From: Octopus sinensis
Lineage: Eukaryota
Length of the DNA: 64,000 bases
Assembly: GCF_006345805.1 (NCBI RefSeq)
Contig: NC_042999.1
Coordinates: 138,074,001 to 138,138,000 of the forward strand
Direction of reading: 5' to 3'
Of this stretch, positions 54,549 to 64,000 are shown one piece after another. The notes below the pieces were generated by a model that was not told the DNA's origin, ran no database searches, and saw only the letters and a list, made by a program, of their open reading frames with translations. The first letter of the stretch is position 1; each line of letters opens with the position of its first letter. The position numbers and the translations under genes are program-made.

Positions 54549-54948
54549 GGATCTTTTCAGTTTGAACGGCAGTTTCTAACATAATTTCTGGGTAACTAAA
54601 AACTTTTAAACTTCGTATACTGGTAGAATGTGTTTATAAAACATCTTTTTCGCTTGGCTTTATTGAGGAAATTCTATAGTTTGTAAGATATTTGTTTTTT
54701 TTCTTCAATTTCTGCAATTTCAACCAATCACTGACGTCTATTGGGGTAAAAAAATTCTGTGCCGTATGAATATGTCCCTCGTTTAAGAAACAGATTGGGT
54801 TTATTTACATTTGTGAAGAAAAAAAGATACCCTAACACTAACCCTAAAACAGATTGAAATGCAATAGATCGATACTAGGGTCATAATTATGGGTAACAAT
54901 TTCATATGACACCGCTAGAAAAAACTACCGTTCAAACCGAAAAGATCC
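54549..54948. mobile_element. 400-bp MITE with TIRs of about 26 bp and 8-bp TSD (Merlin-like GG..CC ends)
   Basis: TIR GGATCTTTTC(A/G)GTTTGAACGG(C/T)AGTTT. TSD GAGTAAGT at 54541-54548 and 54949-54956. Confidence 0.9.
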
Positions 54949-55289
54949 GAGTAAGTTGGTAGGAGGTAAAAAAATAAAAATAAATAGGTCAGTAATTATA
55001 AAAAAAAAAATATACCGTCTCCACTCAAGAGTTTCCCTGTGTTAACCCCCTCTGCATTAATGACCACACCCAGTACTTCCTATTCAGAATGTCAGCCCCC
55101 TGGAATTCCCACCCTGCTTATATTTTCCCTGCAGATAATTTACAAAGAGGAAAATTAATGGCATCAATCCCATTGATGTAGGACGGCTTACTCTTTTCTC
55201 AAGAGTTTGCAAACAAAACACAGAGAAAAAGAAAGTATAAAAAGAAGAGAAAACGAGATTGTGTCATTATGTTGGTAGTTATAATAATG

Positions 55290-55570
55290 CCAGTAGTTAG
55301 GATATTGTACTCACGATCACCAGATCGTCGATTCGTTTCTCAGACCGGGTGATGCTTTATGTTCTTGAGCAAAACACGTCATCTCACGTTGCTCTGCGAT
55401 TACTTGGACTTCTGACGTGTGTTACACTGTGCTCTTTTCATGCAATGTCGATTTGATGAAGTGAGTTAGCTAATACGCAGCACAAACATTTGATCTCTAT
55501 AAAAAATCGTTTGTGCAGGTCGTTCAGCAAGAAATTGCAGAACCGCCTTTCTCGGATTCGAGAGACTTCC
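55290..55570 (+). mobile_element. tRNA-derived SINE, diverged (family C-like head)
   Basis: AGTAGTTAGG...GATTCGTTTC...TGTTCTTGAGCAAAACAC.TCAT.TCACGTTGCTC is shared with the SINE at 19058. Confidence 0.65.
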
Positions 55571-55599
55571 CTAATATAAAAAAAAAGTGGTGATGAAGT

Positions 55600-55825
55600 T
55601 GGTAATAATGGTTTCAAAATTTTCCACAAGGGGAGCAATTTTGGCGGGAGAGGATGTGTCGATTAAATCGACCCCAGCCATCAACTGATACTTATTTTAT
55701 CGACCCCGAAAGGATGAAAGGCAAAGTCGACCTCGGCGGAATTTGAACTCAGAACGTAGCGGCAGACGAAATACTGGTAAGCATTACGCCCGGCGTGCTA
55801 ACGATTCTGCCATCTCGCCGCCTTA
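55600..55825 (-). mobile_element. SINE family B
   Basis: TTTATCGACCCCGAAAGGATGAAAGGCAAAGTCGACCTCGGCGGAATTTGAACTC...CTGCCATCTCGCCGCC. Confidence 0.9.
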
Positions 55826-56195
55826 TGATAATAGTACTGTTGTTATTGTTGCCGTCATTAAATATCAGGTCAGTTCTCATCAAGCAAACTTATGTTTGAA
55901 TGTGTTTCATCCATCTTTATCCCCTCTTTGTTTTCAGGCGACTTGCAATACATTATCCAATGTATATTTCATTTTTCAAAAGCTCGTTTGGTATTAGTTG
56001 AGGGACATTTGGCTATTAGTTCTGGTAGATCGAGGGACTGAATGAATGGTCTATCTTTGGCTTGAATTTTCTTCTAATTGTAAAATAGAAAACACCCGAT
56101 GTTGTAACATACAAACTTTCTCTCCTATGATGAAATGTTTCTCTTATACATATCGCCGAAAGTAAACACATGTATACACGCAAGCACACTCAACC

Positions 56196-56280
<85 letters not shown>

Positions 56281-57939
56281 GACTCTTTTCGGACAATTTT
56301 CGTCTGTTATATTCCAGTCACCATGCAACAACCCGAAGCTATAATAAAGGACCATTCCCTAAGGGGCTATGCGGTAGAATCAAGTCCAAAACGCCTTGAC
56401 TGCAAAGCGCAGTTTCTTAACAACGCACGCAGCTATGTTCGTACTAAACAATATTATTACTTAATGACTGTGTTGTTAAGGAATTCGCTTCACCAGTAGG
56501 TGGAATAACATTTGATTCCGCTGCACAGTACTTTGGTTAAGTGACTTTTATCATAGCTTGAAATTGATCAAAGCCTTGTGAGCGAAATTTTGTATACGGA
56601 AACTGTGTGAAATCACGTTTTGAGGGGCGGTTTGTGTTCTTTGTTGGTGGACTTAATCAACTGCCCTGTTTAGTAGTATTACCATTTGTCATTTGGGTGT
56701 CTTTAGCGGAGCCTGTTGTTGCAAGCATTTGGACTAGGTCTCTGGATACAGAATAATATCATCCATTCCTCCCACCCATCCGTCTTAAAAACATTGAAAA
56801 GGGTCATGATTGCTGCTTCTAAGCAATAATAAAAAAAAACAGCAACGAATTAAAACAGGATCAATTATACTAGACCCTAGTACTTATTTAAACCTCATCC
56901 GTTGAGAAGCAAGTATCTTAAATATATTCTTATCAATCCGACCAGCCGTAGTTTTTTTTTTTTTTTGTATAGTTCAATGATTATTCAAGCAATATCAAAA
57001 GTCTTTATTAAAGTATTACTAAAGGTGTTTATAAAATTAATTATAGAAGCTTTCTATCAAATTCATCTCTTCTTACTTCCGAAAACTGAGAACACGTGCG
57101 AAATATATGATCAACATCGCCGTAAGAACATTTATCAGTTTAAGTGTGAGTTTTTAAATTAACACCTCTCAAACGCAATATATATTTTCATGTCCAAACA
57201 GTGGAAGAAGTTGAAAAAAAAGTATTACCATTGGTAGAAGATAGAGAAAAGGAAGAAGAAAAAGAAGAAAAAGAAAAGGAAGAAGGAGAAGAAAAGAAAG
57301 AGAAGAGGCTGAGGATGAGGAAGAGGAAGAAGGCGAAAAAGAAAGAAAAGAACTGTTTTTATTGTATGAGGCACATATAGAAAATTTATGAAAACTTTAT
57401 TTCAGAGAATGCGACGCTAGTAAATCCAAAACTTCCATCTATGCTAGTATCAATAACAGTGATAAGGATCTCTAATTTTGGCGCAAAGTCACAAAGTTGT
57501 AGAGTGGGCATAATGTTGATTAAATCAAACCAGTACACGGTGAGGATTTGAACCCCCAATATGCCCCTGTAAGCTGTTGGACACAAATTGGAGAGGGTAC
57601 TTGTTCTTTATAGTCAAGAAAATTGTGAAATCGTGGGATTCCTTGATACTCCCACCTATTGGTTTGTTCCATGTCATGACTTTTGCAGACTGTTTTTCAT
57701 TTTTTGTTTGTTTTCATAATAAAGTCTATGTTACTCTCCTTGTAATATCCTTTTGTCTATCGCCCTTGTGGGAAATGAAAGAAATTATTTTTTTTAGGAG
57801 TTTTATTTTAATTGCGTGCTTTCCCTGGAAAACCGAGTGCAGAATGCGTCAGAGATTTCTGCATGGTTGTTTTCTTTTACCTTTTTCCCCATAAAAAAGA
57901 AGTACAAAATATGTATGCAGTGTTTAGTATTTGTTGGGC

Positions 57940-58160
57940 ATCTGCGGATGTACTGAGATCGTAGCAGTATCGATAGCGTGAACAAAATATCATACGATGT
58001 TTCCTCAGCTCATTATGTTGTGTTCAAATCCCGCCTTGGTCAGCTTTGCCTTTCATCTCTCTAGGGTCAATAAGATAATGTATCCGTCTAGCACTAGGGT
58101 CAATCGTATCAACTAACCCTCCCCTAAAAATGTGAACTTATTCCAAAATTATAAACAGTT
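57940..58160 (+). mobile_element. SINE family B, old copy
   Basis: GTTCAAATCCCGCC..GGTCAGCTTTGCCTTTCATC. Confidence 0.65.
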
Positions 58161-58169
58161 ATTTTTATG

Positions 58170-59100
58170 CTTTCAGCAGCGGTATTCCCTGTACCTCTCT
58201 GTTCCAAAGCTGTGTGTAGTATTGTCTTTTATGTATGTAGAATTGTTTGTATCTCGCATTAGTGTTACCTCGCCGTGGGATTTGGTTTGCTTATTTGATC
58301 GGTGTTGTCAGTTATTTGGTTGGTGTTTCATCAGTTCTATAAAGTATATACAATGTGGTGCTTTTTTTGCGGTGGGGAGATGTTTATGCTTCACTTGTAC
58401 TGTGTAAATGATGTTATGGTACATTGTTCTCCATGGGTTATGTTATATTAATGGGTGACTAGTATGTAGAATTTGTGTTTGTGTAGGTGTTACTATGTCG
58501 GCTATCGATTATGTAAGAGAATGTTGTGTATTTTAGAAGATTACGCTTTTGTAAAGTATGTGTTGCATGTGTTGTGTTATATTGTTTGAAGTTGATTCTG
58601 TAGAGTATGTGTCGTGTCAGTTACTGTATTATATAGAATATACTTTGTGTAGTGTGTTTCGTTTACTGTGTGAGTTTTGCTATTTAACTGAAAGTGTCTT
58701 ACGTAGGACGTGAGCTGTGTTCAATACCGCTATTTTCTGAACTGTGTGCAAAGTTGTAGATTATGGTAAGCTATACTTGTGTTCTTATTGTATTATTTTT
58801 ATACTCATATCCTCAGATCTACTCTGATTTTTCTTGTTGATTGTCCTGAATAATTTGTTCAATCAGTATGCTTGACCCTTCATTGATATGGATGTATTTT
58901 CCAGTGTTATTGCTTTTGTTAATGCCACTAACTTATATAGTTCAAGCAAATGGCACCTCTGAGCTATTTACTCTCTATATAATTTTAGTTTTCTACACCA
59001 ACCAATTGTACATTCTTGTACATGTAGTTAGTACGTCTCCTGTTTTTATTTCAACAAGTATGGTGAAGTCACTCAGTGATCGATACATGTTCGGATTTTT
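58170..59100 (-). pseudogene. Highly decayed Penelope-like GIY-YIG relic
   Basis: The minus strand near 58560-58660 gives a degenerate SIFY...VT...Y.ESTSNNITQ...H pattern. Composition is skewed like the other PLE relics. Confidence 0.3.
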
Positions 59101-59257
59101 CCCTTACTTTCTGAAATAATAAAAATAATATTGATTTCTCACAAGAACAAATCTATAAATTTGGAAGGTGTATTATTTTATAGAATGTGGAATGATGACC
59201 AGCAAATTTGACCTGTATTTCAGCTCAGACTGTAAAGGATCATAGCTAAGCATCTCA

Positions 59258-59871
59258 AAGGAAGTATAATATTATTACTCATTTCATTCATTCATTCATT
59301 CATTGAATTCTGGTGATTCAGTCAGTACCAACAGCTATTAGTGTCACTAGTAGGGTGCAAGCGCAATAGGCGTGGTATGTGAAGCGGGGTGGTGGAAAGA
59401 GTATGTTGAATATAAGTAATATTAGTTAATGACATTTTTTTGGATATGACATAATTATTTCTAATTCACATTTAGATTTTCTCAGTGTGAAATACGTTAA
59501 CACTAATTTAATAAGATAGTGTTTAAAGAAAAAGAAAAAAAACTGGATGGTCAAGGCTCGAATGTCATTGATCATCAGTCTGCTCCATCAGAGACGACTC
59601 GGACTGAAGAAGGAGGAGGAGGAGGAGGAGGATGAGGAGAACAGCAACAACAGTGCCGGATGTTTCACACAGAAGCCTGAAGCGTGCTCAAGAATCCTTT
59701 GAAGGAAGGTCCTGTTCAATCAACATACTCTTTCCACCATCCCGCTTCACAAACCACGCCTATTGCGCTTGCACCCTACTAGTGACACTAATAGCAGTTG
59801 GTACTGACTGAATCACCAGAATTCAATGAATGAATGAATGAATGAAATGAGTAATAATATTATATTTCCTT
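59258..59871. repeat. 152-bp inverted repeat with 310-bp spacer
   Basis: Arms 59258-59409 and 59720-59871 are nearly identical and include an internal (TGAA)n. Confidence 0.93.
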
Positions 59872-60330
59872 CAAGTATTTGTCAACTGGCACACAAACTA
59901 AATTGAAAACAAAGGGAGTGATATGGAATGATATCATAGGCGTGTTTCCTTGAAGAGCTCTCACTAATAAACCGATCGACGATTTAAATGCAGCTTAAAT
60001 CTTTCAAGTGAAGAATATCGTTTAGGGTTAGAATAGCTACTCTACAAATTATTGTGTGAATGACTGAATGAATACATGAATGATTCATTAAAGAAGTCAC
60101 CCGTAATCTCCCTCTCTCTCTCTTTCTCTCTGTCACGCGCATTCAAACACAAGTGAGAGGAAAAAATACCCTGGAATGCCAAAGTATGAAAACTTATCGT
60201 AAAGTGGGTGCTATCATAATTGAGGAAATGAACAAGAAATTTTAATTTAAATTAATTAAAAATGGAATGCAATGAGAAGGCATTCTGATCTTTAGAAGTA
60301 CGGCATCAATTCCGGATGTTTTAGTTTTTC

Positions 60331-60331
<1 letters not shown>

Positions 60332-60361
<30 letters not shown>

Positions 60362-60514
60362 TGTATGTATGTATGTATGTATGTATGTATGTATGTATGT
60401 ACGTATGTATGTATGTATGTGTGTCTGTATGTGTGTATGTGCGCGTGTGTGCGTGTGTTCGTGTGTAATGTATGTATGCATGGATTACGTATGTTATATA
60501 TAAATATATATATA

Positions 60515-60545
<31 letters not shown>

Positions 60546-60719
60546 ATGTATGTAGTATGTATGTATGTATTATGTATGTATGTATGTATGTATGTACGTA
60601 TGTATGTATGTATGTGTGTCTGTATGTGTGTATGTGCGCGTGTGTGCGTGTGTTCGTGTGTAATGTATGTATGTATGTATGTATGCATGGATTACGTATG
60701 TTATATATAAATATATATA

Positions 60720-60754
<35 letters not shown>

Positions 60755-60800
60755 ATGTATGTATGTATGTATGTATGTATGTATGTATGTATGTATGTAT
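60332..60800. repeat. (TATG)n field with internal higher-order duplication
   Basis: GTGTCTGTATGTGTGTATGTGCGCGTG...GCATGGATTACGTATGTTAT occurs twice, about 200 bp apart. Confidence 0.9.
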
Positions 60801-62810
60801 AAAACGTAGATATGCTTCAACCAAAGATTGGCCCAGGCCATGTCTAACTTTATACCACCACTTGATAGGATCTGTTTAATTCATTTTAAAGACAAGTTTT
60901 ACAGTATCATGACCCATTCGTGTAGGGAGTTGACTGAGATGTATCGAGGTAGAGGTGGTTCGAAGACATTTGTCTACGTTTCGTTTGAATGTGATGGTGT
61001 CTTTTTTTTGCTTTTTGATTTGTTTTGGGAATAGAGCATGGCCTGTAGAAGACAAATTGTTTTGCAGTGAATTTTTGCTGTGAACCTGAATTGTTTAGAG
61101 GGCGTATGGCATATGGCCCCAGACTTGGATGAACTCTGAAGCTGATGTCAAAGTCGTCTGGGCAATGCTGGGGGTATATTCTCAACATTGTGCAAATGAT
61201 GTTTCGCTCACGGCGGTGCTGGAGGAAAAGGGGGGAATGATGACATCTTGCTCCATGGACTGGAAAGTTCTGTGTAACTAGTAGTTCGTCCTGCAAGCCA
61301 TATCGACTTTATTGTTGATATGAATTTTCTAGCTGAGATTGTCAACAATCACTCGTAAGTCACTAATACTATTGGATGCTGTGAGAAGTTCCCCTGAAGG
61401 AAAAGAATATGGTTGTTTGAGCGTATCCTTTTTTCCAAAGTGCATGAGTTCAAATCTTTCTTCATTTAACCGTATGTTGCTTTTGTCCGCCAATTGGCTT
61501 ACAGGATGTAGATCAGACTGGAGTTCAGCTAGGTCTTCTCCATTGATAATTTTCTGGAGCTTGGAGTTCTCTGCAAACATTTTTATTTTACTGTTTGATG
61601 ACGCTTGAGATGTTTATGTGGACTATAAAGAGAAGCGGACCTAAAACAGTCCCCTGGGAACACCACTGATGGCTTTTACTTGACTTGAGTGGATTCCCCC
61701 CGATCGCAACATTTTGAGTTGTATTCACCAGGAAATGCTTAATCTAGTGTAGCTGTTTACCACGGATTCCAATGTTTGATAGGAGGATATTGTGGTCGAC
61801 TCTGTCGAACGCTTTGCTGTAGTCAAGATATATGGCATCAGAGATCGAGTCTGATTCTAAGGCTCTTAGGACATCATCAATGCGATGTGAGAACTATGTT
61901 AGACAATCTCTGTCGCAGCGAAAGTCATGCTGGTTGGAATTTAGAAGTTTGTGACTCTCCAGGGAGACAGTTATTCTTGAGGGTTGAGTTCGTTCAGATC
62001 CCTTGCGTCAATATCAGTGGGATCACTAAAGACAGAGTAGTACTGTTTCTGCAGTACTTCTGCCATTTCTTTAGTGTCATGTGAACGAACGGGTGAGACA
62101 GCGGTCCTAAGCTTGTTGGCATATGAATAGAACAGTTTCGAGTACTGTTTGATTTTTTTTTGATTAACCAGTTTTCGTCTGCAGCTCTAGTTTTCGCTGT
62201 AGGTTCTTATGCTGATTTGTAGATCAAATTTTTCGAATTCAAGCCTTCTTATTGCTGTTGATGCTGCTGGTGGTAATATTTTAATTGGTTGATTTTTTTT
62301 ATTAAGTCTTTCATTCTCCTGATGAGTATTGTTTTTCTCTCTTGGGAGTTTATTTCTATTAATGCTTGAGAGTTTCGTAGGATGGTGTTTTGAATATGTA
62401 TAAGTGACAATATTGCCAAAGCACTGCCATATTGTTTCAATGTCAGAGCAACTGTGAGTGGAAGACCAGTCGATAAGTGACAGATCTTTTCTAATTATCC
62501 TCCATCCTGCTTTGTGAAATTTGATGTCGAACAAGTGCACTGAGGCGAGAGTGACTGGTTTGGTTTTGGCATGCCGGAAACTAAGATTGCAGAGTACCAT
62601 GTCTTAGTTACAGAGAAGAGATTTATCAACCGAAATACTGTGGATGGAGCTAGAGTAGTTTGTTAATATCAGGTCCAGGATCGTCTTGTCTTGTCTTGGT
62701 TCAAGCACAAGTTAGGAGAAATTCATTTGGTTTGGGAAAATTCAGCCATTAAATTAAATAGTAATTCTGGTGATGCTTTGTATGGTGTAGTGCAGTTACC
62801 TAACTTCAGA
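60800..62810 (-). mobile_element. CR1/L2-group LINE, decayed, internally deleted
   Basis: DAIYLDYSKAFDRVDHNILLS, SGVP/QGTVLGPLLFIVHIN, MFAENSKL (degenerate FADD) and ELQSDL. An APE-like LDLILTN lies near 62660-62680. Confidence 0.88.
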
Positions 62811-63048
62811 GTAAGTCAGCTCAAAAATCGCCCGTCATCAGTATATTCGTCAAATGTTTGTATGTATGTATGTATGTATGTATGTATGTATGTATGTATG
62901 TATGTATGTATGTATGTATGTATGTATCTGAGTGTTTGTGTGTGTACCCAACTTACAATGTTAAACATATTTTACTGCAAAATATTTTCACACACACATA
63001 CGTGTGCATGTGTATGCGTACAAGCTTAGTCACTTACGGACGTGCTTA

Positions 63049-63150
<102 letters not shown>

Positions 63151-63795
63151 ATATTTAGCATACATGACTGACTTTTCTATTGTAAATCCTGTATAATAGT
63201 GGCGCCAGTTTTCTTTTTGGTAGCCCTACCAAAGTGATTGACGATTAGGCCTGTGAGTGGCAGCTCCATGGCGCACATTGATGAATGTTTCTTTTAAGCA
63301 GACACCTTCCTGATGCATGATAAAAGAAACTTGACATTTTGTAAAACGCATGACAATCCAATGACATCGATCAGTTTAAAAGTGTCAGCCATTACGCTTC
63401 AATTTCCACCTACTGATATTAGAAGACCAAACAAGACAAGTTCTTCAAAAAAGGTTTGGTATGAGTTTGTAATCCTAGTTACCATATAAATGCACTTGAT
63501 TCTACTTGTATATGTATATGACCCATAAAACAAGTGCATATTGATTACTTTCAATTCTTTTGCAAGTAAAAACAACATACTGAGACACAAACGCATGGAT
63601 AGATATTGAATAAACCATATGGTTAGAGCTGAGGTTTGCTTGGAGACATAAAGGGTGTTATAAAAACCTGCCTAGACCCGCATCTCAAAAGCAAGACACT
63701 ATTAATAGCTTGCATCTTTATAGTGTGTACATTAAATGATATTCCTCTCTGACAGGATGCAACACTTTTTGTTGATTTTACTATACATACATACA

Positions 63796-63826
<31 letters not shown>

Positions 63827-63851
63827 GAGAGAGAGAGAGAAAGAAAGAGAG

Positions 63852-64000
63852 AGTTCCTTGACGAAACATCTACGAAAATGCCAGACCCGAGAGTTCATAG
63901 TGCACATCAGGGCAACAGAGGCAACCGTAGAATATCCGAAGCCATGTTAATACACCAACGGAAGCCGACTATCAACAACAGAAGGGACTACATGAAGCTA
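63852..64000 (+). pseudogene. Penelope-like GIY-YIG C-terminal fragment (runs off the window)
   Basis: SLTKHLRKC ... RRISEAMLIHQRKPTINNRRDY matches the PLE RxIxEAxxIxxxxPxIN motif. Confidence 0.65.

Overview
AT-rich, microsatellite-saturated eukaryotic non-coding DNA. The SINE, mariner, R4/Dong, CR1, RTE and Penelope content suggests a cephalopod (Octopus-like) genome; this is inference. I find no convincing host protein-coding gene: nearly all ORFs in the track are microsatellite read-throughs or decayed transposon fragments. The window holds three mariner relics, a cluster of R4/Dong-type LINEs in (TAA)n arrays, CR1-like and RTE LINE fragments, many tRNA-derived SINEs (three with clean 12-16 bp TSDs), a MITE with an 8-bp TSD and several Penelope-like (GIY-YIG) relics. 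The most notable signal is a set of short non-coding fold-back elements (about 10.1, 10.7, 16.3 and 32.3 kb, with related motifs at 12.2 and 19.5 kb). Each carries a minimal type I hammerhead ribozyme motif, and in most of them stem III is a different self-complementary palindrome. Three sit inside (TA)n tracts and two share a covarying structured 3' tail. They look like a non-autonomous Penelope/retrozyme-like RNA element system. All motif and structure calls were made by eye.
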